Part shown: positions 13,119 to 25,894 of the stretch, one piece after another
How the letters are laid out: every line of letters begins with the position of its first letter
How positions within the stretch are numbered: position 1 is the stretch's first letter
DNA from: Mobula hypostoma
Taxonomy: Eukaryota
Direction: 5' to 3'
DNA: 64,000 nt
NCBI RefSeq assembly: GCF_963921235.1
Contig: NC_086097.1
Span: 157,110,001-157,174,000, forward strand
The notes under the pieces: generated by a model
Seen by the model: the letters and a program-made list of their open reading frames with translations, nothing else
What the model was told of the DNA's origin: nothing
Databases searched by the model: none
Position numbers and translations under genes: made by a program

Positions 13119-14134
13119 AATCAATGTTGTTGGTATCTGCAATGAGCTGCCATAACAGATGGTGAAGACAGAACAGTAACTACATTTAAGAGGCATCTGG
13201 ACAAGTACTTGAAAAAGCCATAGAGGGATAAAGAATCTATGCAGGCCAGTGACATTAAATAGGTCGGCAGGATTTTCAACATATATGCAGTAGACTGAAG
13301 ATCCTTTCTCTAACCTATACATCTCTGTGACTTCCTCAGGAAATTGTATCAAGACATTATATAAAGTATCACTTCCTTCCTCTCATTCTTTTGTCAAGAA
13401 ACTGTTCTAATTTCATACACTACAATTGATAGCTTCCATAATCAGATTTGTAGGGGTTTAGCATGACAGAATCTCAATAAGTAGATGAAGTCCTGTGTAT
13501 CTGATACCACTAGTAATCTGCAGACAGGCAGAATATGCAATCACCATTGGATGTTTTCCCATGCCCTTTCTGTCATGCCCTGCGCTTCAAGTCTATAAAA
13601 ACAAATAACATTGTCGGATATTCAGCCTTTTCAGATTTGCTATCAGTTTTATTAACATATTTTTGTGGTGAGGCAGGATTTAACTGAATGCAAAATCCAT
13701 GTATAGCTCTTTGCTAATGTCATCAAGTTCATTCCGACCACATGTATTGGTTTGTTTTATGAACAGCTTAAAACAATTTCCATTTATATTTCACTCCACA
13801 TATTATAGATGCAATAAATGTGCACTTATATAATGCTTTTAATGCAAGTGCTTTGCAGAAAGGCAGAATTTCAAAGTGATTGCAGCATAGAAATATCCAT
13901 TCAGCACAGTATGCCTGTGCCAGCTCTCTGCCAGAGCCACTCTGCTTGGCAGTTTCTTTGAAGCCTCACAATTTTTCTATCATTATATTTATCCCATTTC
14001 CCCTTGAAGCTTACAATAGAAACTGCCTCCACCACATCTGCAGGCCATGGATTTCACACTGATTCAAAAAACCTTCTCTTTCTCTTTACTTTATGCTTAT
14101 AACTGTTCTAAGGCTTTCCACCAAGGGGAAAACT

Positions 14135-14430
14135 TGGTTGTCTAAGGTTACAATAGAAGATAGAACTGAGAAAGTGAGTAAGAAAGGGCAGGACTTACAT
14201 GGTTAATCGCAGGGCTCTGGAAGGTGTTGTACAATGGAAAGAGCCAGGGTACAAGCATACAAGCAACACACAAAATTCTGAAGGAACTCAGCAGGCCAGG
14301 CAGTATTTATGGAAAACAGTAAACAGTCAATGTTGACAGTTTACTCTTTTCCATAGATGCTGCCTGGCCTACTGATTTTTTTCATCTTCATACAAGTACA
14401 TAATTCCCTGAAAGTGACAACAAGTAGATT
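14135..14430 (+). mobile_element. CR1 RT fragment hosting a PLE fold-back insertion
   Basis: ggttgtctaaggttacaa...gggtacaag|...|tacataattccctgaaagtg (LGVQVH.SLKV region). Confidence 0.55.
14260..14375. mobile_element. PLE pLTR fold-back mini-element
   Basis: Inverted arms 14288-14330 and 14333-14375 of the PLE terminus (cagcaggccaggcag...gtcaa/ttgac...ctgcctggcct). Confidence 0.8.
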
Positions 14431-15400
14431 GTGACCTGCTATCTTATCTGTGCCACTCATTATTTTATACACCTCTATAAGATCATCTCTCAAACTTCTG
14501 TGCTCCTGGAAACCAAACCCTAAACCATTCAATCTCTCCTCATAACTTACGTGCTCCAGTTCTGGAAGCATTTTTGTGGATATTTTCAGCACCCTCTCCA
14601 GTATAATGAGATCCTTCCTATAACTCAGCAATCAGAATTCCAAGTGAGGCTCCTCGAACATCCTGTGTGGTTGCACAATGATGACCCAATTCTTGTACTC
14701 AGTGTCCTGGCCAATGAAGGCAAGCATACCAAACACCATCACCTCCTTGTCTATCTGTGTGGCCACTTACAGTGAATGATATAATTGCATTCTATGCCTC
14801 TCCATTCTACAATACCCTCTAGAACCCTGATATTAACTGTGTAAAGCCTACCCTTCCTTGACAGCTTTCCCAGTTATTCTAGCTTCTTTTGTAACCTTAA
14901 GGAATCACTTTTACTGTCTTCTATACCAATAGATTTACAGACCATGCCAACTACATTCTCATCCAAATTATTACTATAGATGATGAACAACAACTAACCC
15001 AATATCAGTCCCTGCAGCACAACATTTGCCAAGAGACCACCAGTCTGAGAAGCATCCACTACTTCCACTCTGACTCCTATCACCAAGCCAAATTTGTATG
15101 CAATTGGCTAGCTCACCCATGTTATCTAACATTTTGAACAACATATTTCAAGATCTTCTCAGAGGATTTGCTAATATATGTAGATGACATCTGCTCTCTT
15201 ATCCTTGTCATCCCTCTTGGTCACATATTAACAATACTCAGTCAAATTTGGAGACACAATTTCCCATGCTTAAAGCAATGTTGATTATCTCTAATCGATC
15301 TTTGCCTTTCCAAATGCTGTTAGATCCTGCCCCTCAGAATTCCATGAATTAATCTTTCCACCTCTGATGTTCAGTTCTCCAGCCTGTATTTCCCTAGTGT
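14430..15400 (-). mobile_element. Decayed CR1 RT fragment
   Basis: ORF 14341..14631 YRKD..LERV..MLPELE..SYEERL..DLIEVYKIM. Confidence 0.7.
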
Positions 15401-16614
15401 GTCTTTATCTCTGCTCGTGTCTGCATGCTGACCTTTGTGGTACTTCAAACTGCTTACGCCACATTGCTTTGCCAGGTCAGTGCGCTGCAAATATAAACAG
15501 TGGTTTCCAAGCACATTGTGCCTAAAGAGCAAACAACACATGGTAAAATTTCTAGGCCATTTAGCTTTAATGCATTACATTGAATAAACCCATTATTTAA
15601 CACAGCATCTAACCTTTTAACCTTAATGATCTGGCTGAGAGGGATTATTCCAATATTTTAAGTCTGGTATTATCTTGTCATTGTTAGCAAGTCACTGGAA
15701 TCTTCATGGATATACTTCACAACACTGCAATAGTTGCCAATAATGTTCAGAAAATTCTTTATATTTCTATCACTTCAGCTTCAAACCACTTTTCCCTAAG
15801 CTAGAAAATCCCTTCTTTAAACAAAACAATAAAAAATCAGTAAGTAAACATTGTAATTGCATTTTGAGTGCTGCAGTCTTCAAGACAAATAACCTAGTAT
15901 GCCTTATTTTCTGTCATTGTTAAGAATTCTTTCATTTATTAATATATAAATTATATTAAAACTCATGACTCTGCTAACCTAATAGCGAGAAATAATTTCA
16001 TACAAATTCATAAAACATGGATGAAACTGCATCAGCATTAGTAATTTAACTATATCATCAGTAACAATAAATTTTATAATCATTCTCTTTATTTTATCTT
16101 CATTTTCTACATAGCTTCACTGGCTTCTTTCAATTTCTTGTACTTATTACTCACTGCATCCATTTTATCTGCTCTGCTGAAGGTAGTTACCCAAAGTAAG
16201 CCACAGTTTCTTGTATGCCTTCAAATGTCTGATTGCAGTGATCATTTGTCAAACACTTGGCAACACTTGAATATTGTCAAGCTATTTGACTGAAAGAAAG
16301 AGCTTGCGTAGGTAGATCATCTTTCATGACCCCAAGAAGTGTTCAGAGATTATTTCTATAGTGCAGCTATCTAAAAATGAATAATGAAATTAACAATGAC
16401 TGAAAGATACTTGTTAGATAAGATCAGGGAGTAATCTGTCATGACACCACGTTACTAAGCTCTCGATCTCCTTCCTGTACTCTGATCCATGGCCTGTATC
16501 ATCTGCAAACTTGTAAAAGAAGTTAGAGCAGAAGCTGACCACACTGTCTTGGGTGTACAAAGGGTGGAGAAGAGTAGGGAGCTGAGGACACAACCATATG
16601 GAGCACCAGTGTTT

Positions 16615-16980
16615 AGAATAAGACCACAAGATATAAGAGTAGAATTAGGCTACTTGGCTCATCAAGTCTGCTCCACCATTTCATCATGGCTAACCAATTT
16701 TCCCTCTCAGCTCCATTCTCCTGCCTTCTCCCAGAATCCCTTTATGCCCTAACTAATCAAGAATCTATCAGCCTCTGCCTTAAATATACCCAATGACCGG
16801 GCCTCCACAGCTGCCTGTGGCAACACGTTCCACAGATTCACCACTCTCTGGCTAATGGAATTCGTTATCTCCATTCTAAAAAGATGCCATCTATTCTGAG
16901 GCTGTGTCCCCTGGTGTTAGACTTAGACTCAGCTTACAATAGGAAACATTCTCAATACATCCATTCCATCAAAACCTTAG
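16615..16980 (-). mobile_element. CR1 3' end
   Basis: ataagaccacaagatataag tail; ttccacagattcaccactctctgg (QRVVNLWN). Confidence 0.8.
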
Positions 16981-17024
16981 ATAGAGAATAATCATTAAAT
17001 TAGATTATATTGGAATAGATTCTC

Positions 17025-17310
17025 TTTTATTTGTCACATATACATCTTACTGTGAAATGTGTCACTTGTGTCAAAGACAATACAGAGTCTGGGCGCAGAC
17101 TATAAATTTTGCCATGCTTCCGGTGCAAAATAGCATGCCTACAACTTACTAACTCTGACCTGTTCCATCGCTTTGCAGTGTGGGAGGAAACCAGAGCGCC
17201 TGGAGGAATCCTGTGCAGTCACCGGGGGAACAAGCTCCTTACAAACAGCAGCAGGAATTGAATACCAAACTTCCAATCGTTGGTTCTGTAAAGTGTAACG
17301 CTAACCACTA
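17025..17310 (-). mobile_element. V-SINE
   Basis: tgtgggaggaaaccagagcgcctggaggaa is the reverse of the V-domain core; tRNA-like head near 17250-17310. Confidence 0.7.
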
Positions 17311-17547
17311 AGTCTTGCTGCCTATCCTTACCGATTGCAGTAAGGAAATCAAGGATCCAGTTGCAGAAGGAGGCATTGACTCCCAGGGTCCAGAGCTTAT
17401 TTTGAATTATAGTGCTGAAGTAGGAACTGTAGTCAATAAACAAGAGTTTGATGTACATATCTTTATTGTGCAGATATTCCCGAGATGAGTGTTGAGCCTA
17501 GGAGATGGTGTCTGCCGTACGTCTGTTTCAGTGGTTGGCAAATGTCT

Positions 17548-18995
17548 TTCTAATTTTCCCAGAGGACTGATGAGTAGCTAATGTTGTTCCATTGTTTCAG
17601 AAAAAATCCTGGAACCTATTGACTCATGAGTCTCATGTCAGTGGTAGGGAAGTTACTGGAGAGCATTCTTCGGTATAGGTTTTATGAGCATTTGGAAATC
17701 TATGGTCTAATTAGGGACAGCCATCATGGCTTTATACAGGGAAAATTGCATCTTACTAGCTTGATTGAGTTTTTTGATAAGTTGACAAAGTTGACTGATG
17801 AAGGGAGAACTGTCGATGTTGTTTACATGGATTTTAGTAAAGCACTTGATCAGGTCCTCATGGGAGTCCCATCCAGAAAATTAAGATGCATGGTATCCAT
17901 GGTGATTGGTCATTTGGATTCAGAATTGGCTTGTGCAAATAAAACAGAAGGTACTGGTGGAAAGAACTTATTCCAGCTGGAGGTCGGCGATTAGTGGTAT
18001 TCTGCAGGGATCTGTACTGGGACCTTTGCCTTTGTGATGTATATAATGGTCTGAATAAAAATATGGCTGGGTGGGGTCATGTTTGCAGATGATACAAAGA
18101 TCGTTGTTGCTGTGGATAGTGTCGATGACTGGCAAATAACATAGTAGAATATGGATCAGTTAGGCAGAGGAATTGCAGATGGAGTTTAACCCCACCAAAT
18201 GGGAAGTGTTGGACCTTGGTAGGTCAAATGTAAACGGACAGTACACAATTAAGGGCAAGACCCTTAACAGTGTTGATGAACAGAGGGACCTTGGGGTCCA
18301 AGTTCATAGTTCCCTGAAAATAGCTACACAGGTTGTTAGGTGGTTTAGAAGGCATATGGTATGCTTGCTTTTATTAGTTGAAGTACTGTTCAAATATCAT
18401 AAAGTTATATTTATAAAACTCTAGTTAGGCTGTATTTGGAATATTGCATACAGTTCTGGCCCCACATTAGAGGAAGGATGTCAAGGCTTTGGAGAGGTCA
18501 ATGAAGAGGATTACCAGGATGCTTTCTAGATTAGAAGCATAAGTTATAACAAGAGTTTGAACAAACTTGGGTTGTTTTCTCTGTAGTAGCAGAGGCTGAG
18601 GGGAGATCTGATAGAGTTTATAAGATTATGAGAGGCATAGATAGAGTAAATTGCAGTATCTTTTCCCAGGGTTGAAATCTGCAATGCCAGAGGGCATGCA
18701 TTTAAAGTGAGAGGAGGTAAGTTCAAAGGAGATGTAAGGGGCAGGATCTTTTTTTACACAGGGAGTGTTGAGTACCTGGAATGCATTGCCTAGGATGGTG
18801 GTAGAGGCAGATACATTCAGGAACTTTAGAAGACTTTAGGATAGGCACATGAATGTGAGGAAAATGGAAGGATTTGGACATTGTGTAGACAGAAGAGATT
18901 AGTTTAATTTGTCACTTGATTACTAATTTAATTGGCTTAGCACAACCTTTTAGGCCAAAGGGCCTGTCCTGTGTTGTACTGTTCTGTGCTCTATA
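17548..18995 (+). mobile_element. CR1 LINE, RT to 3' end
   Basis: ORF 17626..17994 SVVGKLLE..HGF..LTSLIEFF..DVVYMDFSKA; 18173..18424; tail gggcctgtcctgtgttgtactgttct. Confidence 0.85.
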
Positions 18996-19279
18996 TTAAT
19001 TTGTTTAGGCATTTGCTTGACATTACTTTCAGCTGTTCATTAAGAGAAGCATTATTGAAAAGATCATTTTGTTTTATTATCTACTAATGTTTGTTTTGAC
19101 TGTTCTGAGCCCTGCATTCGTTAACTTCTTTTCTAGCTCAAAGGGTGTCATGGCCAATTCAGTCTAGTCAAATGACATCCAGTGCAAATCTGAATTATCT
19201 CTTCATATTCTAGGATGAAGCCAAAACTTCTTTTTAACCTGCATTATTCAGGGCCAGAATAAACATGCATTCTCTACTT

Positions 19280-19405
19280 AAGGAAGGGTTTTGACCCAAA
19301 ATGTTGACTGTACTTTTTTCCATAGATGCTGCCTGACCTGCTGAGTTCCTCCAACATTTTGCGTGTGTTGCTCAGATTTCCAGCATCTGCAGATTTTCTA
19401 TTGTT
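19280..19405 (+). mobile_element. Solo PLE pLTR terminus with 14-bp TSD
   Basis: Starts in hammerhead stem II (gaagggttttgacccaaaatgttgact); TSD TGCATTCTCTACTT at 19266-19279 and 19406-19419. Confidence 0.88.
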
Positions 19406-20282
19406 TGCATTCTCTACTTGTTCCTTGCACTTTTTTATTATCAAACTAAACTGGTGTTAATTAACTTTGATTTGTTTTATGGTCTAGCAAGGGTTTCCAA
19501 ATATATCTTGTGTGGTTTACAAATTCTGCATGTTTAACTCTCCTCCTAATAAAGGAGCATGATAAACTATGGAGAAACGTTAAATGTCCATTGAGTCGCA
19601 GATCCATAGGCTCACAGATCACAGCACATACACCTACACTTGAAGTTCTTGGAAAATTCTTTAGATAGATGCTGCATTTCCTGGTATATTTGTGACAGGT
19701 ACACATTACAGAACTACACTATATTTATTATAAAGCACAACCACAGCAGCACCGTAATGTTGGAGTTTTATATCCATTATTGGCTTAAGATGATAACTAG
19801 CTGTGCAATTGCCATGAACCCTAAAAGGCATTTCAAAGATGCATCACAATCTTTTATTTTCTTTTTGCACAATATACTTACCATTTTTAATTTGTCAGTT
19901 TGTTTATCTGGTTCATATTCCATGCAGAATTAGGAAGAAAAATTAGACAAAGATCAGAAATCACAGGGGAAGGTAGTTGCCATCATCTGCATGTGAAAGT
20001 AACAGACTGGTCATATTGACTATCCTTGACTTCTCATGTCCCCTTATTTATTTGCATTCATTCTTGAGTTTTGGACATCAGCGCAGGTGATTCAATTAAA
20101 GAATATTGTTTCAAAGTAGAATGGGCAGATACTAATCTTCTTTAAGCATTTACCTAATGATGTTGCAAGTCCAAATGCAAACTAGCAGACAAGCAGAATG
20201 GCAATCACATGGGCTGAGGAAAATACAAACTTGTGGTCATTTAATCAGCATTTGGCCTCACAAATGCAGAAGAGATGACAGA

Positions 20283-20560
20283 ATTGGAACTGGAATTTGC
20301 TTGTTATTGACACATGTTACAAAATACAGTAAAAAAAATTTGTCTTTGATACTGATCATGCAGATCAATTCATTACACAGTTTATTGGGGTAGCACAGGG
20401 TAAAACAATGACATAATGGAGAATAAAATGTAACAGGTTTAGAGAAAGTGCAGTGCAGGCAGACAATAAAGTGCAAGATCATAATGAGGAAGATCGGGAG
20501 ATCAAGAGTCCACCTTAGCATATTAAGAATTCACTAAATAATCTTATTATAGCAGGGTAG
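20283..20560 (-). mobile_element. Rex1/Babar-type 3' tail
   Basis: attggaactggaat...ttattgacacatgt...aatacagtaaaaa resembles the other Rex-type tails in the window. Confidence 0.45.
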
Positions 20561-20962
20561 CAAGTCAGGCAGTATCTATGGAAGAGAATAATCAGTGGAC
20601 ATTTCCGGTCAAGACGCTTCACTAGGACTTGAAAGGAAGAGAGCAGAAGCCAAAATCAGAAGGTGGGGACAGCAGAAAGAGTAAGGAGGAAGGAAGGAGA
20701 AATCACCAGAATTTAGAGAAATTAATATTTAGGTCATGAAGTTTAAGGCTCCCAGACAGAATATGAGATGTTGTTCCTCCAACCTGAGTTCTGCCTTGGC
20801 TTGACAATAGTGAAGGTCATGGACAGACATGTCCAAATTGTAATGGGAAGCTGAATTGAAATGGGCAGCCACTGGGAGATCTTGCTTCTTGCACCTGACA
20901 GAACAAAGGCGCTCCACAAAACAGGCCCCCAATCTGCATCAAGTCTCACCCATGTAGAGGAG
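20561..20962 (-). mobile_element. PLE 3' fragment (GIY-YIG C-terminus + pLTR)
   Basis: ORF 20729..20932 DLPVAAHFNS..RLEEQHLIFCLG; degenerate hammerhead at ~20595-20627. Confidence 0.85.
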
Positions 20963-21040
20963 TTAAATTATAATACCGTCTGACAATACAAACTAAACAA
21001 ATTTACACTAAGTATCAGGCAATCCTGCCTCTGGCTCAAC

Positions 21041-21119
21041 TAGGGTTTCCCAACCTGGGTCCACAGACCCCTCAGTTAATGGTAGGGGTCCATGGCATAA
21101 AAAAGGTTGGGAACCCCTG
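21041..21119. mobile_element. hAT/Charlie-like MITE (79 bp)
   Basis: TIRs tagggtttcccaacct / aggttgggaacccctg; flanks ggctcaac / agctagac are a degenerate 8-bp TSD. Confidence 0.8.
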
Positions 21120-21129
21120 AGCTAGACAA

Positions 21130-21446
21130 GAATCTCAGTTGTTGCTGCAATGTTGCAATTTAAAAGTGACAAGACTGCTTTCTCAGCTGGATGAAGAAGA
21201 TCACAATGTGTAATTTCAAAGTAGTACTTGGGTTTTAAGTCCTATTTCCTGCCCAGTATTTAACTTCAATTGATATTTCTAAATTAAATTATCTGATTGG
21301 TACCACATGGCTGTGAGGTGGGAGTCTGTACAAATTCACAGCAATACGTGCCTAAACTCCAGAAGTATTGCACTGGCTAGAACATACATTGAGTTGTTCT
21401 GACAGGGACATAGATAGTGCTGCATAATTGCATCTGTCTCTCTTTG
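21130..21446 (+). mobile_element. Ancient Deu-domain SINE (SacSINE1/AmnSINE1-like) remnant
   Basis: tggatgaagaagatcac..cctgcccagtattta..attatctg..acatggctgtgaggtggga..actccagaagta..ctggct..gtgctgcataattgca follows the recalled Deu-SINE consensus order. Confidence 0.55.
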
Positions 21447-23089
21447 TATAAAACATTAGAAGTCAGTCCTCGAAAAGAATTGACCAAAATGTGAGAAGCA
21501 GACAAAACTACTAAATGTTATCAATTCAATTGCCTGTGAAAAGATCTTTTAATCAAAAAGATATGAAAGGTATTTGAGGATACACAAAGGTCAAACTAAT
21601 CCTGCAGTGTAAGGGCATCAGAAGAAAAGAAGTTGAGATGGACCATTCAATCTGGAAGGAATTTCGATGGAGAATGAATGATAAAATCCAACAAAAAAAG
21701 CAAAAGAAATGGCTGAACTCCAAGGAGTATTCAGGGAAGAGGCATTAGATATTTATTCATCACTAATAACAGAAGGGTCAGAGTCAGAATGAGAGAGATA
21801 GCTGTTGGGTGGAACATCGCGAGGCCTGAAGGTTGACTGCACAGATTAAAGGAACAGAGAATGTTATTTCCAGTCAGAACCCACTTGATTCTTTGCACTT
21901 ATATTAGCTCTTTGGTGAAGATATCTAACATTTTCAACACCTGTTCTTTCCTTCCTAAAGCTGTGTGAAATAATTTATTTATTCTGTGTGAAAAAAAGTC
22001 ATGCCATCCTTTTTTAACCTAAATTGATGGCAAAATAATCTCTCCATTGAAATTCCATCTTCTCGATAAAGAAAGCAAATACTGTATATCATTGGCAAAT
22101 AAAATACAAGTACTGTACTACACAAACCATAACAATATGGAAAGAATATTTTGATCCTGGGTTGTAATGATGTTTCTTGATGTAAAAGGAGTCATCAACT
22201 AATCTCAGTACTGTATCCCAAGTTTCTAAGTCATGATCTTTTTGGAATATAGTAAAGATAAAAAGACTCCCGGTATAATGTTCTGACGCATCACACTCAT
22301 AATTGCCTAAAAACAGTTTTCATTTTCAATCATTTGGTGAGAACATTTGGAGAATTACTGGCAGGCTTATGAACTTAATGATTTTTTTAAAATCTCGGTC
22401 TGATTTATGACTGCATGGAGACTGTAATACCTCCCAACAATACGCAAAATTATGCCTGGACTCCACTGGCAGGATCTTCATCTGGGTAATGAAGAAATTT
22501 CATGCAAATGAACTTCAGAATAGTTTTTGTTCGGGTGATGTGGCTATTGCTGGAAATGGCGGTACTTATCCCTGATTGGCACAAAATGGAGAAAGCGCTT
22601 CATAATTAACTTCATTAGTGGGTCAGGAATACTTACAAAGTATTTACTTAAAGAATTATGAATGAAAAGATCCCAGAGTCCAGCACAAATATTCCATTCT
22701 CTTGGCCATTAATCAACTGTAGACCATGATAATTCTCCTCCGCTGCTAATCTCCCTACCTTCCAGTCCCTACATTCACCAAGCAATAATACCTAAACCAG
22801 CTGTTAACTCCCCACTACCAATTCCTGACTACTAAAACCCTATCACGTACTTGATGCTGCACTTTCTCTTCTCTCATGCTTCAACAACTGAACTTCAGCA
22901 GCTGTCCAGGGTCTGATCCCTGCCAGCCAACATCCCTGTGGCCCAGGTATTGTCTCTCTCTCTCTCTTAGGCTTCCTCACCTGCAGAACCCAGTCTCTAA
23001 GAAATTGTGTTAATATGTCAGATTGAGGACTCTTCATCACAACTCAATATACAGGAAGCAGAGGCTGGAGAAAGAGTTGAGTTGAGATT

Positions 23090-23183
23090 TCTGTTTGGTG
23101 GAGATCTTCAACGCATTAATTCTGTTTCTCTTTCTACAGATGCGGCCTGACCTGTCAAGTGTTTCTGTCATTTTCTGCTTTTT
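23090..23183 (+). mobile_element. Old PLE pLTR terminus
   Basis: ctgtttctctttctacagatgcggcctgacctg...cattttctg resembles the PLE tail. Confidence 0.5.
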
Positions 23184-25561
23184 AGTTCTTCACCATTGTA
23201 CCAGTTTGTCATCCTTTCAGACCTTCTTAAGACATACTCCTTTGTCACCATCAGTAAATGTTTGTTTAAGATGCTAGGTGTCAGGTTTATTCAATAGCTC
23301 TTTTACAAAATATCAGGGAATTTTCTTCATTGAGATGTGAGATGGAGTTGATTATGGGAGAAACATTAAGAAAATGGGACAAGGTAAAGTAGGGTGGAAG
23401 ATACTAGTGAAGGGAATAAACATTGGAAAAGATCAGTGAGGTGAGTGCTTTTATCAATCCTGTAAATTTTATGCAGTGTCAGTATTATTCATTGCTGCTT
23501 GAGCTATCATTTTGAGGAGATGCTGCTATACTTATTATTTTTGCATGAGTTCTTTTGCCATTTGAACCATTGAACAAATTCTAGAAAGCTTAAAATAATA
23601 TCTTCCCTGTGTAACATATCAGAGCACTTAGGGAGAAAGCTGATTTGGATGTGGAAAGGTAACACTGACTCTTGTCAGTAGATTTCTCTGAAAGACTACT
23701 TTTCTATCATTTGTCTTATGGGTCATTAAAAAACAAAGGAAAAAGTATATTCACACCCACATGCACATAGACACCCACACAAGAATGGCAGGGTCAGACT
23801 CCCCTGCCAGCTTTTAAATGTCTTTCGTCATGAAACTGTGACACTATAATCACTCCATAGTTCAGCCCTTATATACAAGAACTCTGTTGTGGCCTGCTCA
23901 GGAGAGCGTGAATAGACCTGGCAGAGAAAGAAGTTCCCAGCAAGTACATTTCAACTGCACTAATATTATCATCAGACGGTCGTCTACTGCTGCCCTTTAG
24001 TCTCCTGCAGTTTATCACAGCTTATTAAAAGAACTCCTGCTGACAGGATATGGTTTGGCTGAATTGATTTGAAATTCTGGATGTGTTGATATTTTGATCC
24101 AATATTGTATCCCTTATGAGTCCATTAATAAAGATGGCAGCAGCTGCATTTATTATTAATACAACAGCATTCATTACATTGATAGAAAACTCCACAAGTC
24201 TGGAAGAAGATAAGCTGAGTGTCACAATATCACATTCAGTTTGCTTCATAACTTTTCTAGTAGCTGTGTTAAAACATGAAGGTCTATCAATAATTTTGTA
24301 CTTTTTGATACTATTACCTTCAATGAATTGTGCAATTAATCATATTCGGGGAGATACAAATTTTACTCTGTAGTTCTAAATCAATTTGCAATGCAAAGAT
24401 TATGTTCCTATCTGTAGAATTGTGGTTTCCACTGTTCAGAACAACTGTAGGAATATACTTGTGAGATGTTTATAAAGTGACTATATATGGAAGAATCAAC
24501 AGTGGCAGAATGAAAAAAAAACAATGATTCATCCAGTCTGTCCTTGATAAATGTGTTGCAATACAAACACTTCCCACTCTCTTCAAAGAATGTGATATTT
24601 TATAAAATAAATTTACTCCAATCCAGAAACAAATCCAGATGACCATTCTGGCCGTGAGAATTTTATGAAGCATCTACCTTTTGATCAAAAGAGTTTCTTT
24701 GCCAGTCAAAACCCAACACTTACTTTAAGTTAGGATGAGCAGTCCATCCTAGAAGTCCATATTCTCTCGGAGAAGAATTTTATTTAAAAATAGCGAGAAA
24801 GATTTTATGTGAAAATGTACATTTTTTTACTGCCCACTACAGTTTCAGCTTATTAATCTTTCCACTTGCAGAGTATTGTTTCCTGGTGAAATTATTATCT
24901 TCTCATAGAGTTGAATTCCAATAACGTAAAGCATACAAGCTAATGTCATGTTTTCAAGATAAACTCTAATTAATTTCAAAGAGCAGAATTTTAGCTCTTA
25001 TTTATTTTCATTAAACAGTTAATCAAATGTTAAAAAATACTGGATTTAAATCCTTTGGTGATAAGTTGGAATGTAGAAAGAACATTTAAAATATTCATTA
25101 ACAAGATAACTGAATGAAAGGATGATCTAAAGTGCTCCTATGAAATGCAATTATGTAAGGTGAAGTAATTTTGTACAGTAGCATTAACAGAGTCGTAAGT
25201 GAAATTTTGCCCTTCAACTAAACTAGATTAATGCATTTTAATTCATTGTGGTAATATGAGGAGGTAGCAGTGACGTAGTGTGAGGTACAATTCAAGACGG
25301 TAATGTCATCATCAAGGGTGACATTAGATAGCAAGAAAGGTTAGTGCTTAACTCAAAGATCTACATGAGAGATAATGAAGGAAGTTAACTAAGGAACACC
25401 AAATGACGAGTATATCAGCAAGCCTTACTTTATTAGAGAAATTGTAGAATATCAAGACCAATGTCATGGAAACCATTAAGACGTGTGTTATTACTTTATC
25501 TAGTTGTTTGCTATTTCTGTTTTAGTAACTAAAAAGAGGAAAACAACTTGCATTTATGCAG

Positions 25562-25737
25562 ACACGAGGAATTCTGCAGATGCTGGAATTTCAAGCAACA
25601 CACATCAAAGTTGCTGATGAACGCAGCAGGCCAGGCAGCATCTCTAGGAAGAGGTACAGTCGACGTTTCGGGCCCAGACCTCTTCCTCGAGATGCTGCCT
25701 GGCCTGCTGCGTTCACCAGCAACTTTGATGTGTGTTG
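25562..25737. mobile_element. PLE pLTR fold-back mini-element with 15-bp TSD
   Basis: 63-bp inverted arms 25592-25654 and 25679-25741 (61/63 match); TSD CTTGCATTTATGCAG at 25547-25561 and 25738-25752. Confidence 0.92.
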
Positions 25738-25894
25738 CTTGCATTTATGCAGTACCATTTTTGTTGGATATCATAAGTCACTTCATAACCAGTTTTCTAT
25801 TCCCCTTGTTCTCCTTTTCCTGACCCTCCCACACCTGATTCCATTTGCCCATCATCAGCCTTGTATCAGTGATGTAGAATCTTCGAAGGGTGGA

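Larger units (their letters stand above)
9262..13330 (+). mobile_element. Old CR1 3' part split by younger CR1 insertions (pieces 9262-9336, 9602-10194, 13119-13330)
   Basis: Decayed FN..KCEVM / LEYCV.FW / FFTQ motifs; 3' end resumes at ~13120. Confidence 0.65.
16425..17545 (-). mobile_element. Rex1/Babar-type LINE RT fragment, split by CR1 and SINE insertions
   Basis: 16414..16629 LYTQD..YKFADDT..YRKEIESLVTWC; 17219..17458 LLFIDYSS.F.TI..CNWILDFLT. Confidence 0.75.

Noticed and set aside
23830..23935. Minus-strand terminal exon VYSRSPEQATTEFLYIRAELWSDYSVTVS*
   Set aside because: Plausible acceptor but no recognisable homology or partner exon
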